From the human T2T-CHM13v2.0 reference genome, Homo sapiens: a DNA stretch of 64,000 nt. The translations under genes were made by a program, and so were the position numbers. The notes beneath the pieces were generated by a model. That model worked only from the letters and a program-made list of their open reading frames with translations. It made no database searches and was not told the origin of the DNA. Numbering within the stretch: the stretch's first letter is position 1; every line of letters begins with the position of its first letter. Of this stretch, positions 28,381 to 43,230 are shown in pieces. The stretch lies in NCBI RefSeq assembly GCF_009914755.1, contig NC_060928.1. One strand, given 5' to 3'.

Positions 28381-28584
28381 GCTAATATAAAAAATCCCTT
28401 AGTGAAATGTGCAATGTTACATGTGAATATTGGTAAGGCAACATAATAGCAAATATAAATTTAAAGAATATCTTTTAAAAAGGTAACATTCCCTAAGAGT
28501 ATTATTTCAAAGTTTAAATTTTTCTGTAGGTAACCATGTATGTATCCATTTGGTAATATGTGTATATGTGTGTGCGTGTATATA

Positions 28585-28927
28585 CATTCACGTGTCCCTT
28601 AAGGATGGGATATGTTATAGTAAATGCACCACTAGGCAATTTTGTTGTTGTGTGAACATCATACAGGTCATAAAACCTTTATGTAAAAGCCTTCTACACA
28701 CCTGCACTATTATGGTATAGCCTATTGCTTTTTGGCTACAAACCTGTACAGCATGTTACTAAACTAAATACTGTAGGCAACTGTAATACAAAGGTAAGTA
28801 TTTATGTAATTAAACACATCTAAACATAAAAAAAAGGAAAAATGCGTGAACCCGGGAGGCGGAGCTTGCAGTGAGCCGAGATCCCGCCACTGCACTCCAG
28901 CCTGGGCGACAGAGCGAGACTCCGTCT

Positions 28928-28970
<43 letters not shown>

Positions 28971-29061
28971 AAAAATACAGTGTTATTATCCTATGGGACC
29001 ATCTTCATATGTATATGCAGTTTGTTGTTGACCAAAATGTTGTTTTGCAGCATGTGCCTCT
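28585..29061 (+). mobile_element. Tigger3/MER7-type DNA transposon interrupted by an Alu
   Basis: tatggtatagcctattgct...ggctacaaacctgtacagcatgttact...atgggacca...ttgaccaaaatg. Confidence 0.85.
28844..28968 (+). mobile_element. 5'-truncated AluYa5-type insertion
   Basis: 85-nt right-arm end with all CpGs intact and the gagatcCcgccact diagnostic; 40 pure A; TSD A-run+GGAAAA. Confidence 0.9.
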
Positions 29062-29714
29062 ACACGCACAAGATTTTTGGTAAAAATGTGAACTAAATTT
29101 AATTTACAAAGTGTTTCAGGAGATTATAAGAACAGGGTAAAATTTTTAAGACTAGCATGATTCTCTATCGGAGTTTACATTCAAATCCTTTTCAGTGAGG
29201 TTTGGCATCGCTGAGGACATTATCCTGAAAGTCTTAGGAAGTGCTTTGAGAAACAGTGTTTTCCACCTTGCCAGTAAGAAAAGACAAATTGAAATAACCT
29301 CAGATTAACCTTTCAGCAAACTTTTACAGTGTTCAGATAAATAACATTAAGTACAGATTCAGCTGAACAATATAAACCTTTCTCCTCGCTTTAATATGTG
29401 TCCTAAGACATAGTGGTGACTACAGGTAGCTGGCTTTATAGTAGAATAATTCACCATTCATAATGCCAAAGGTAAAGCTTTGATTACAAGTGATCATTCC
29501 CCCTAAAAAGAAACTTGCCATGGGTGTCAATGTACATTAAAGAGTTTTATAACTGAATAACTGGAACATAAACCCAAACTAGTACTCTTATTCAAAATGC
29601 CATGATAACAATGAATACAGTATTCTAGACATGAAGTACGTGCTGGTTGTGTATCAAACCAGCATTTACTGAGCCACAGGCTTCAGGTCAAGGAGAAGCC
29701 TTGTGTAAGCTCTA

Positions 29715-29850
29715 AACATAGTCCTGACTGGGTTCAAATGCTAGCTCTACCAGCTATATAATCCGAATCAATTAAAATACCTAATTTTTATAAAATGAGG
29801 GAAAATAACACCTACCTCATAAAACAAATAAAAAGTATAAATAAAGCACC
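29715..29850 (+). mobile_element. MIR fragment
   Basis: ctgggttcaaatgctagctctacc...taaaatgagggaaaataacacctacctcata. Confidence 0.7.
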
Positions 29851-30980
29851 AGTAAATGCTGGGAACCAATAGTGGCAGATATTGTTGCAATAATCACAGT
29901 GAGTTTTCTTCAGTAGGTTATACATTAATTAAAGCATAATTAACAAAACTGATACATGCTTCTCTACTCAGCTTGGAAATCCTGATAGCAACTAAAACTC
30001 AATACATCAAAAGCAAAATTAATGGTTTCTTCCCCAGAAACATTCTTAGTTAAGATTTATTATTTATTTTTGTTGTTGCCACTTTTAATTATTATTTTTT
30101 TCATTTCCTGATGGTACCACCATTTCTTTTACCACAACTCTCAAATAGAAATGAAACATAAATCATAACAGAATGCTGTCCTAATCTTTGATGAATGGTG
30201 AAATGGAAATCCAAAAAAAGGATATAAAAATCCCAAAGGATTATTATGGTGGGAAAAGTTAGAGAAAACAAAACTATAAACATATAATAAATTTAAAATA
30301 AATAGAAACTTAAACATGCCTTACTAGAGGAATTCCATAAAAGAACCATTCAGGCAAAGGATTTTGGTTGGATTTATAATTTCTCTACAGCTGATGACAT
30401 AAATTGAACTGCATAAGCATGTTGAACCACAGTATCATTTGCTGCAGTTGAAGCACTCAATAGTTATCACTAAAGCTGTTATACTTCTTACGTCAAACGT
30501 CCAAGGCAAGATTCTAGGCTTTAACATCTGGGTACTTGCTGGTATTTTAGAGGACTTGACCTTCCTATTAAGTGCACTGGAGTGAAACTATGTAGATAGC
30601 TGGCAGATGTCTGACAAGGTCCTCACTATCCACCCCTACCACACAGATTTATTACATACCACCAGACAAGTCTTAACCAGGACCTTATAAAATCCCTTCT
30701 CAATGATCTACCCCTTATATTTGACATTGCAATATCCTCTATTTGGAAACAGACTAACAGTATTTGTCATAATTCTTTTTAAATTTTCTGTGAGTCACCA
30801 AGAGAATTTTAATGAAAAAAAGGAAGGTTAAGGTATGAAGAAAGCCTAGTTTCATTAATGTAAGAAGAGCTATTCTCTTTATTACATTAAGTAGTAGCAA
30901 TACATATTTTAACTTCGTTCAGGTGATCTATGGTAAGACAGACCATATAGACGCAACAAGTAAAAAATGCTCTAACTAGA

Positions 30981-31279
30981 TTTTTTTTTTTTTAAGACAG
31001 GGTCTTGGTCTGTCACCTAGGCTGGAATGCAGTGGGCAATCACACACTGCAGCCTCTAACTCCTGGCCTCAAGCAATCTCACCTCAGCTTCTTGAGCAGT
31101 TGGGACTATAGGTGCATGATTTTTTAAGTTTTTTATTTTATTTTATTTTATTTTGTTTTGCAGAGACGAGGTCTTACTCTGTTGACCAGGACGGTCATGA
31201 ACTCCTGGCCTCGAGTGATCCTCCTACCTTGGCCTCCCAAAGTTGCTGGGATTACAGGCAAGAACCACCATACCCAGCC
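30981..31279 (-). mobile_element. AluJ-like SINE
   Basis: Poly-T plus reverse Alu. Confidence 0.92.
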
Positions 31280-32994
31280 TAAACGTATTTTTGAAATCAC
31301 TCATTACCATCAAAAAAAAAAAAAATCTTGCTTATGCAAGGACAATTACTGCTCAGATTGGTCTGTTAGTATGCTTCATTGACCAGCAATGACACACACT
31401 AAGAAACTGAAGGGGCAATCAAAATAATTATAATTTAGAAATTCAAAACTTTATCTTAGAAAATACGAATTTTATAGACATATTATACATAAACACACAT
31501 TATATGTTAAAGTCATCCACAAAAAGCATGCCAAAGGTTACATAATTTTTTTCTCTTTATTAGTTTTCTTCTCTCACACAACTAGAATTTGAAGCCTCTC
31601 CTTAGACTGTGTGTTTCCTGTAGTTCACAACCATGTATCATTCACCTTTCATCCCTGACATCTTCCAAGGTGACTGATAAGTATCAGGTGCCTCAAAATA
31701 ATGGTTATACTAATTGATCAGCTATTCACATTCATTATTCCATGGCTAAAAATATATCCATGCCTAAATTTATTACTTCATCACTGTAAGTATATTAGCA
31801 ACAATTTAAGTGTATTAACCATCCCCCTTTAGAGTTTTGATTAACTATATTTTATCTTAGTAATCTTGACTTTTTACTGGACAGTTCAAAACCTTTTCAG
31901 AAACAAATAGCCTAATTATAGTCTAAATACATAATGTAGGATTTTATCATCTAGATTATCATTCTAACTTCCTAACTGGGCAATTTTATTATCCAGTTCT
32001 CCCCCAGATTCATGCTATAGACTAGCATTTAAGTCTCTCTCCATAAATATGTCATATACCATTTCAGCATTGCATCATAGTATTGTTCATTATGAATAAT
32101 CCATTACAGCAAGGTTAATACCATCACTACTATAATGCATACAATAGGAGTTTATAATACAATTTTAAAAATTCAGCAATAATGCAATTAATCCGAGCAA
32201 AATATATAGCAATATTTCAAACTCAAAAATTATGTATTCAATACTGATTAATCCTCTAGTTCAGAGGCAGACAGCACAACAGGAAATATGTTAAATAGAA
32301 GATAAAATTGACAGCATGAGGCTGCAGAATAATTGGGATTCCACTGCATAGGAAATTGAAAGAACTCTATAGTTAAAAAGTCAGAAGACAGAATTTCTCT
32401 AAAAAGGTAACAACAAAATGAACAAAAACCAAAAAAAAGCCTCAGCACTCATTTTAGTCCATTTGATTCAGATTTAGGTTCCATCAATTTTTTGTAGATT
32501 TGGATCCATTCCCACATTCTTTGAAGAATCTCTAGTTATTATGACCCTCAGGATTTTCACAGCCCCTGGAAATGTATTTTACTAATTCTGCATGCAAATG
32601 AGTATATAATTAAATCCAACTATGAAGTGTCCATTTTATATTTGTTACTCTCAGGTTTGTAAGACAGTAGAAATTATTTGAGTTCAGATAACATATCACA
32701 CTTCTCCTGTTCCTCTCACAGAAGCTACTACTATATGCATCCTAAAGGGGAGGGCCCACAGGATGACTATGTAAGTTACTGTTCAGACATCCTTTTGACA
32801 GTAAATGGGAGCTATACTATTAATAAGGGGCAATGACAGACCAAATCAGCATGGACTGTTCACTTAGTTCTCAAGGTCTTCTATTTCTAAATAAAATCAT
32901 AATGTTAACACACAAATTCTATATGATATACAAAAATTTAAATACTTTTATATAAAAGTTGGGATAGCAAATCAATAGAAAATGAGTGGGTGTC

Positions 32995-33324
<330 letters not shown>

Positions 33325-33929
33325 CTACCTTTAGTCCTCAAAGAGATGAAAAAATCTATGTATATGTGAGTATACCTGTATATAACATATATATAAAATA
33401 CATAAGTGGTTTTAAACAAAAATATGAGACACGGGTCACACAGGAAAAAGAGAGAGTAAGTGAACAGTTAAGAATGAAATGCCAAAACAGGAAAGTTACA
33501 GTGAGAGTAGCTGAGTGTTGATTTACTGGAAAAGCAAACATGATTAACATATTTAACATTAATGGTGCTAAAAAATACTTAAGCCACTTTCATTTGACTG
33601 AATCAAAAGAAGGTAATTTAGTTAAATCTCCAGAAAAATTAAGTAAGACTGGAAATGATTATATCATTTTAATTACAGACTACAAAGAAAATGAATAATA
33701 AAAATGATATCAGGATTAAAGAATTCTGGTTAATTAAATATTAATTAAAGTGATCAACACATCAAACATAATGTACCTCTTTACCAAATACATAATTCAG
33801 AAACATATAGAGTATAATTTAATCCTTATTAGGTTAATTCAAAATAAATTAATAATTATAATGCCTAAGGTTAGATATAAAAATCACTGTTGTTTTGAGG
33901 AAGTTTTTGAGGATTAACAACTCTCCACC

Positions 33930-34110
33930 AATGTTTATGAGTAACTGGCCTATGACTGGAAGAGTGCTAGATGCTTTCATAAGTCCATTCCCATTTATTC
34001 TTCAAAACAACCCTGACAGGTGTGTGGTATCTTGACTTTACAGCTGAAAAACCTAGGAATATAGGAGTTTTACATGCTCCTGGTCAAGACACAGCTTTAA
34101 AGGTTAGACT
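33930..34110 (-). mobile_element. MIR fragment
   Basis: catttattcttcaaaacaaccctgacagg...tttacagctgaaaaacct. Confidence 0.6.
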
Positions 34111-34365
34111 GAAAAGAGAAATGCCACCTGACAAGGATTCCTCCAGCCCTGTATCATAGCTATGACTTTCAACATACCCAGAACACCTTTAATCCCAATT
34201 TAAACTGGGCAAATTTTACTTAAAGAGTTGACACAATATTTAAGATGGACAATCAAAATTTCAGTTACATATTTAGAAAAGTCATACATAACACATTAAA
34301 AGTGCATTAAGAGGTGAAAATAGAGAGGAAACTGTGCAGATACCACTGTGTTATTTGAACAGCAA

Positions 34366-34379
34366 GTTACCATGGCAAC
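34366..34379. promoter_or_regulatory. RFX X-box motif GTTACCATGGCAAC
   Basis: Matches the RFX consensus GTTRCCATGGYAAC in apparently unique sequence; function not shown. Confidence 0.55.
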
Positions 34380-34932
34380 TAAAGGGGATAGAGGGTAGGA
34401 AGTTATTCAGCCATTCAGGCACAGGAACCCATGAAAATATAGGCGGCCACTAAAAGACACTTCATGAGAAAACCATGGAAGCTAAATATCACTAAGTACC
34501 ACATCTGGAAATAGACCCTTTTTGTTTTAGAAGCAAGTATTCTCTCAAGATTTGAAATTGATCCAAAAAGAGACTAACAATGTGTCTATTGACCATCTGT
34601 TAAAATGATGGCATCACTTTTAGCAGAAATGATCTCACTCACTTTATGAGAAGAATAATTTAATACGCACATTAAAGGAGCCCAGTCGATACCTCTTTGC
34701 AGTAATAAAGAAATCTTAAAATGTACATACTTCTATGTAAAATAGGAAGTAGGAGAGAAAACTTATTTGGGGATGAAGAGGCAGTAAGGTTAATTCTTCA
34801 GGTTTTATTAAGGTAAACAGAGAGACATTTGACTAAAAAATAAGTAAGTCTCACTTTCTTAGTAATTTTAAAGTTGGGTTTTCTTTAATAATTCAACAAA
34901 AGAATTTGCTTGAATTAACTATATAAATAAAT

Positions 34933-34987
34933 ACACACACACACACACAGGCAGACAGAGAGAGAGAATATGAGAGAGTGTGTGAGA

Positions 34988-35035
<48 letters not shown>
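34933..35035. repeat. Compound (CA)n-(GA)n-(TG)n microsatellite
   Basis: Read directly from the sequence. Confidence 0.95.
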
Positions 35036-35036
<1 letters not shown>

Positions 35037-35658
35037 AAAAGCATTATTTCGAACTCAACACACTTTAGGTTAACCATTTTTAAATTTTCATTCTGCCCTC
35101 CCTCTCTCTACACATACACTTTCTGGCCCTGAAATCATGTGATTCTTTGCTCACATTAAACTGACTGGGTGAGCCCACCTTTCCTATCAGGACAGAGGCT
35201 GATGCAAAATTATATATATTTTTTTCTACATTAAAAATGAATTGAAGTAGGAGAAAATGAGTCAACTAAATGTTAAACCTACATAGACTTTGAGAAAGTT
35301 TGTAATCAATATCTACATTAACAGACATTAGCATTTTTATGTCTACATGTTACTGATAACTGAAATTATTTCAACTTTTAGAGATTCCTATGAGCAACTC
35401 AATCGACAAACGGAAGATACTCGCTAATGAATAAAACACATAAAAAGTTACACTCTGAAGAGAGCCCCTTTAACTCTTCATTATAACTAAGAACATAAGT
35501 AACTAATGATGGTAGTAGCTTTACAACAAAACAAAATCATGAGCTTCACACCATAAAGCTGTCCGTCTGCATGAGATGGATGATATGAAGCTCTGTGTAA
35601 TCTCAAAAACCATGTATTTTGCATGTAAGAAGATGAACTGGAGTAGTAGAGGCAGAAT

Positions 35659-36012
35659 TCTATAGACTGAATGTTGTGTCCTCCCAACACGTATATCTTG
35701 AGACCTAATCCCCAATGTGATGGCATTTGGAGGTGAGGCCTTTGGGAACAATTAGGTCATGAAGGTGGAGGCCTCATGAAGGCAATTAATGTCTGAATAA
35801 AAGAAACCCAGAGAGCTCACTTGCCTCTTCCACTATGTGAGGAAGAAGATGGTCATCAATGAACTGAGAAGTGGGCCCTCACCAGACACCGAATCTGCCA
35901 GCACCTCAATCTTGGACTTCCCAGCCTCAAGAACCATGAGAAATAGAAATCTGTTGTGTATAAGCCACCCTTTCTATGGTAGTTTGTTATAGCACCTCGA
36001 ACAGACTAAGGA
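35659..36012 (+). mobile_element. MLT1A-type solo LTR (ERVL-MaLR)
   Basis: gactgaatgttgtgtcc...ccctcaccagacaccgaatctgccagcacc...tttgttatagca...gactaag. Confidence 0.9.
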
Positions 36013-36291
36013 AAAAAACAAGTTAAACACACTATTGGAAGTGATAACTAATAACTACTGAAGTGATAGGTATTGACAAATGCCTATAAGTGAGAATAAA
36101 ATAAATGAGTTTGGTATGGACAAGCCTTCCAGATCTATCCTCCCAGCCCTCTCACTTTCACTTCTTCACAAGTACAATCTGCAACTGCAACTTGTGTTTG
36201 CTCTGTCATTTTTGTTCCAGAGGAAGAGGCATTTGTCCTCTTACGCAACTTAAATTTCCTCTTCTTATGCTCAGGATAATAGAAGCTTCCA

Positions 36292-36609
36292 TTTTTTTTT
36301 TCTTTTTTCTTTTCTTTTGCTCTTTTTTTCAGACAGGGTCTAGCTCTGTCACCCAGCCTGGCGTGCACTGGCACAAACACAGGCCACTGCAGCCTCAACT
36401 TCTCTTGGGCCAAAGAAATCCTCCTGCCTCCCCCAGAGTAGCTAGGACTACAGGTGTGCACTACTACACCTGGCTAATTTTTCTATATTTTGTAGAGATG
36501 GGGTTTCACATGTTTTCTAGGCTGGTCTTGATCACCTGAGCTCAAGTGATCCACCTGCCTTGGTCTCCCAGTGTGCTGGGATTACAGGCATGAGTCACTG
36601 AGCCCAGCC
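36292..36609 (-). mobile_element. AluJ-like SINE
   Basis: T-rich tail plus reverse Alu. Confidence 0.93.
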
Positions 36610-36746
36610 CCATTCTTCTTAATACCAAAAATGTACCAAGGTTCTTAAGGAACTTTTCTTTTTCCAGGTTTTCCATCTCTTTGGCATTTACACATGTTCA
36701 GGTTACACATATAATTAAAACAAAACAAAACCAGTAAAATATAGTA

Positions 36747-37043
36747 TAATTGGCCCTCCATATCCATGGGTTCCACATTTGTGGATTCAACCAACCACAG
36801 ATTGAAAATATTCAGAAAAATTAAAAGTTCCAAAATGCAAAACTTGAAATTGTCTCGTACCCAGTACTATACTGAATCCACAAAATGGTGTGTAGGATTG
36901 TATCAGGTATTACAAGTAATCATGTGAAGTGTACAGGATAATATGTGTAGGTTATATTAAAATATTAGACCATTTTATAGCAGGGACTTGAGCAACCTTG
37001 GATTTTGGTATCCATGGGAGTCACAGATCCTAAGGGATGACGA
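36747..37043 (+). mobile_element. MER2/MER2B DNA transposon
   Basis: ggccctccatatccatgggttccac...ggattcaaccaacc...agggacttgagca...ggattttggtatcc. Confidence 0.85.
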
Positions 37044-37160
37044 TATTGCCTTACTGTCCTGCTGTTCTTGTTTCAAGCTTCTTAAACACAGAGTTTCTTC
37101 TCATTGTGAATATGTCTTCATGGACCATTCACTTACTAACTCCGATGACTTCTATTCTTA

Positions 37161-37478
<318 letters not shown>

Positions 37479-38213
37479 TCATTAAAATTATTTTTCTTAT
37501 GGCATCTACTGACATCCTAATTGCAAAATCCAAAAGATAATTTTCAGTCCTTATTTTAGTAGACCTTTCTGCAGAACCAGGCATAGCTGAGCACTCTCTC
37601 CCTCTGAAACCTTCTACTCTTCTGGTAATCTGACTTATCATAATTCATTTATAAACTAAGATCATGACCTGCATCTCTAAATAAATATTATTCATCTATA
37701 TTAAAGTAATAAACAGAAAACTTGAATCAAAGATATGTGAAACTTAAAGTCTCATCCTCCTCTTCTACCCAGTCATCTCTACTTTCAACTAATCCCAATC
37801 TCCAATCTTGATCAACTAAATATCTAATTTTATGAATTCTTACTAGAATTCACCATCTCCAGTTTTAATTCTCTCTTTTTCCCGAAATTCCTGAATGTCA
37901 TACCTAAAATCCAGGCTCAAAATCCTTAGTTGGTTCCCTGTCCTCTAAAGAGCAATGCCATGCATTTAATGAACTTTTTAAAAGGTCCACCACATGCCAG
38001 TTACCTTGATACATGTTGTGTAAACAAGAATCTCCTAACCTGGGAATCATGATCATTTAAACGAAGGAATGGGCAGCAAAACTAGGACACGTAGAGTAAC
38101 AGACATAATGGGTGGAGTCAGAGAAGTAATAGGTAAGCCTGTGAGATTAAATGCTGCTGTATTCAGTCTTAAATGATGAACAAGAACGAACTAGTTAAAG
38201 AAGAGGATAGGAA

Positions 38214-38895
<682 letters not shown>

Positions 38896-39245
38896 TTGAG
38901 ACACCCACGAATTCTACAAATGCTCCTAGAGATACTGAGGAGTCATGAGAAGTTTCTCAGCAAGGAGCAAGCACATGTAAACGTCAGATTGGCTTTTAAC
39001 GAAGCTCCCTAGAAAGCATGTGAAGGATTAATATGAAGAGGGTAAGTCCAAGTCAGGGATACCATCAGGGACACAGAGGGAGACCAGGAAAGAATGACTG
39101 ACTCAAGTAATGCAGGCAAGGATGGTCACAGAGTACATGACATACAGCAATGAGAAATGAAATAAGAAGTTGGAGAACAACGCCTACCTATTTCTTATAT
39201 ATTGGTAGCGAGAGAGAGAGAGCAGGGCAATGGCCGGGTATCTAT

Positions 39246-39564
39246 TTCATTATTATTATTATTATTATTATTATTTTACTTTTTATTTTTCTAAGACAGA
39301 GTCCTGCTCTGTTGTCCAGGCTGGAGTGCCAGTGGCACGATCTCAGCTCACTGCAACCTCCGCCTCCTGGGGTCAGGTGATTCTCGTGCCTCGGCCTCCT
39401 GAGGAGCTGGGTGTACCACCACCCTGGGCTAATTATCCCATTTTCAGTAGAGACAGGGTTTTGTCATGTTGGCAGGCTGGTCTCAAACTCCTTGCCTCAA
39501 GTGATCTGCCCGCCTCGGCCTCCCAAAGTTCTGGGATTATAGGCATGAGCCACGGAGCCTGGCC
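39246..39564 (-). mobile_element. Alu SINE with (TTA)n tail
   Basis: Reverse Alu. Confidence 0.95.
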
Positions 39565-39869
39565 AGGTATGTAGATTAAGGTATAACATGTCTAGCTTTG
39601 AGCATGCTACATTGACAGCGATGCCAGGATAAGGGAAGTAGGACAGAGAAATCTGACATTCAGAGGAGCAGGATGGGTTGGGTTGAGCTGAATGATTTTG
39701 GAGTCCTCCACATAAAGATGAGTAATGAAGACCAAAATAGTAAATATGCTTATACAGGAAATCCAAAAACCTAGCAGGCTACACAGAAGATACTTTGCAA
39801 TCTGACTCCTGACTACTTATTGAGCTTATTTTTAACCGCTGTCTTCTACATATCTTGTTATAAAATATA

Positions 39870-40350
39870 TTTGTGATTTTTGTCATCAAATATTTCAAAC
39901 AAATAGAAAAGTTCAGAAAAGATTCTAATAAACACTGGTATCTACTACCCAGATTTAATGAGTCTTAATATTCTGTCAAATTTGCTTCAGAATTTTAAAA
40001 TGAAACTAACATAAAGTCACAGTTGAAGACCCTGTTTCCTTTCACAATCCTGTATCCCTCCTTACCTCCTCAGAGGTAACTTTTGTCTTGAATCTCGTTT
40101 TAATCATGTATTGCATGTTTTTATGTTAACTCTAACATGTGTACATTCATAAACAATATACCTTATTGCTTTCCATGTTTCCACATGTTACATAAATTCT
40201 ATGAAACTATAAGAATCACATGCAATTAACTTTTTAATAACTTTAATATTATGTTTACTTTGTGTAAAAAGTAATTAAAATATTTTTATCATTACTGAAT
40301 AGTATTTTGTACAAATTTACCACAGTTTACTCATACAATTTCCTATTGAT
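39870..40350 (-). mobile_element. Ancient L1ME-like fragment
   Basis: aatatttcaaacaaatagaaaag...actgaatagtatt...tttaccacagtttactc...tcctattgatg. Confidence 0.55.
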
Positions 40351-40738
40351 GAACCGGTGGTTAACAACCCATTGCATTCTATACCCCAGCCAAACCAACC
40401 ACATGTGGAACTTAAATATTCATGTGGCACAGATGTTTAGCTTTGGTTCATTTGATTGCTCTGCCTGAAATATTTTTCCTAGCATTAGCGCATTAGCACT
40501 CAATATTTCTTTCTTTTTTACGTCCCTGTAAAATTCTTGATCTTCAACTATGCGGAGCAAAAAAACAGGCACTTGATAATTATTTATTGGATAAATAAAA
40601 TATCTAGCTTCTGAAAATCGATTGATAGAGCCGCTACTAAGTTTCAGTTTTTAGAGTAACATAAAAGTCATGTCAAATAAATTCCACCCTCATGACACTA
40701 ATAATGAAGAAAAAGAACATCAAAACCAATAAGGACAA

Positions 40739-40758
40739 AGAGAGAGAGAGAGAGAGAG

Positions 40759-40791
<33 letters not shown>
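40739..40791. repeat. (GA)n(GT)n microsatellite
   Basis: Read directly from the sequence. Confidence 0.95.
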
Positions 40792-40794
<3 letters not shown>

Positions 40795-41335
40795 AACTAG
40801 ATCACATATGTATTACAGTGAAAAGGGCAGTTATTTCAAAGAAACCTTAATTTTGTAGTGACATGAAATATTAAACTTACATACAAATACAGAGAATATG
40901 ATTATGAAAATAATTTATAGAACAAATTAAACAATAACATTTTCTAATAAAATGAACAAATTAATAAAATATACATGTATACATTTAAGTCCTAGTGGGA
41001 AAACATGCACTTAATGAAAACAACAAGTAGAAGACCAAATTAAGCAAAGGTGATGGCACAAAGAGCTGACCACAAGGATTTATAATGTTCCAAGACTGTA
41101 AAATTAAGTGCTTCTCCCCATCTAGACATATTACAAATATTACACAGTAACAAATAACACAGCAGATGGTTTCCCCTATGAAAATTAGAAAGAATGATTT
41201 AAAATTTAAAACTACAAAATAACACATAGCAAGCTCAGAATAGATACTAAGAATAAAAGAGATCCAATAATTAAAGAATGAATTCTGACTAATGAAACTA
41301 AAATAAGATAAACATAGCAATTCAAGACAGCATAC

Positions 41336-41418
41336 CTGCCAGTGAAATAATCAGAAACAAAAATAAATCCAAGTGTGCAATTAGTGTGTCTTCCCAAATA
41401 CCAGCCAACAATCCATTT
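41336..41418 (-). CDS. Candidate 83-nt internal exon (alternative acceptor at 41435 gives 100 nt)
   Basis: Minus strand ttactcgttttacag|AAATGG...GGCAG|gtatgc; open frames KWIVGWYLGRHTNCTLGFIFVSDYFTG and NGLLAGIWEDTLIAHLDLFLFLIISLA. Confidence 0.5.
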
Positions 41419-42329
41419 CTGTAAAACGAGTAATTCTGTAGAATCTCTTGATTAATTTCAAGCTTAATTTTAAAATATAGCAAAGTGTAGGAAGACAAAC
41501 CATTACCTATAGTTTGGCAGGAAGAGGAAAGGAAGCAAGACTCTAGACCCAAAGATCATGATAGAGCTGTACTGGCCTTTAGGCCAATTTTAATCTCACT
41601 AGTGTGATTTAATGTTCATAGTGATGCCTGCCTTTGAATGCTTGTTAGTATCCAAAACCAGGTTCCCTGTAAATTTAAAACCACCACAAAAAATACAATA
41701 ATTGATTTTGTAAATGAAAGTGGGCCTAAGTGCCATATTCTTGCAATGATATTACAGCATACAATTTACAGAAAAATTGGATTAAGTTGGGATTGAAATG
41801 GGATGAGGGAAATAAGGCAATATCAGTGAATCTTTCACTGGACAGAAAACGGAGTTCCTTATCAACTGACTTGGATTTTCATCCCCTGGTGCCCTAATTT
41901 AACATGAAAAGTCATGGATAAAAGCTGGAAAAAGGAAAGAGATCATAATTAAAAGCCTTTTATGGTCAGTCATTAATACTGACTTCAGGCAAATTACTTA
42001 ATTTTACTGTGCTTCTAACACTGCTAAAACAGGGCTAATTATACCTAAATACACTCTAAAACCATCTTGAACATTAAATAAAATAACACCTGGGAAGTGT
42101 CCTGCACTTATTTCTCTTGTCCATAGAAATTTATCTTTCACATAATAAAAATAGTCTTCATTTCTCTATTGCTCGAAACACTAGTTCCCTCATTTACAAG
42201 ATCCAAATAAGAATGAATAATCTCTTAAGATTTTTATGTGACATATCTTAGTAGATACAAAGACATATAAGAGAATTTCACCATCAAGTGTATATTTGTG
42301 CTTGTGTATTAGTTGTTCCAACTAGCTAC

Positions 42330-42600
42330 TCTCACCTGAAGCTCAAATGTACCTCCTCAGCAAATCCTTCCCAGGCTGGTAAAATAGTACCTGCCAACAG
42401 GTGCATTTAGGTTCACTAACCCTTTATTCTTGCTTTATTTTTGTTTTTGGCACTCATTACCAACTGACATATCTACACTTAAATGTTTACTGATTGCCTA
42501 TCCCCACTGCAAAGTAAGGCTCAGTGACAGCAGAGAATTGATATGTTGTTTGCTGCTGAATTGCTGGCATATAATATTTGCCCAATAAATATTTGCTCAA
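42330..42600 (+). mobile_element. L2 fragment
   Basis: gctcaaatgtacctcctcag...gtaaggctc...caataaatatttgc. Confidence 0.65.
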
Positions 42601-42909
42601 TACAAGCACATGTTAAAAATAAAATTACCTGGAGATCATCTCTTAAAAAGAAAATTATCTTTTGAGCTGATGGAACACTTGCTTAAATTCCTGTATCTTA
42701 GCATTACACTGGACACTATGGGATTGGTAAAACCAGATTCTGTGCCTCTTGCACATAAGGGAAATACAAAAATGATCAAGAAGCTGGAGCTGGGATCATC
42801 TTGAGATAGGCTTAGATTGAGAAATAAATACTAATTTCAAATATAACCTTCAAGCTCTATTGAATGAATTAATCATAATTCCTTAGCAAATAAAAGTTTG
42901 GCAATCTGA

Positions 42910-43230
42910 GAGCACCTACTGAATAATGACACCATATTTTGAATGTCCCTTATATGACAGACACTGTTTTTGATGTTTTATATTCATGACTTTACTCAAT
43001 TCTCAAAAAAAGCCTCATAGTGACCATAATATCACTTTTGTATTATATGTGCCAATTTATAATCATTTATGTTTATTTTTTTCTCAAAGATGAGATAGTT
43101 GCCCATAATGTGCAATGCGTAAACTGAAATCATGACTCAAGGAGATTAATAAAGTTAACCCAAATAACACAGAGTTTGAAGTGTTAGAGCCAGGATGCAT
43201 ACCCAAGCCTGTGATTTCAAAGCTTCACAT
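42910..43230 (-). mobile_element. MIR fragment(s)
   Basis: gttaacccaaataacacag...gttagagccaggatgcatacccaagcctg. Confidence 0.55.

Noticed and set aside
29160-30570. AG/GT-bounded segments near 29224 and 30491-30564
   Set aside because: Each lacks either a good donor or a pyrimidine tract.
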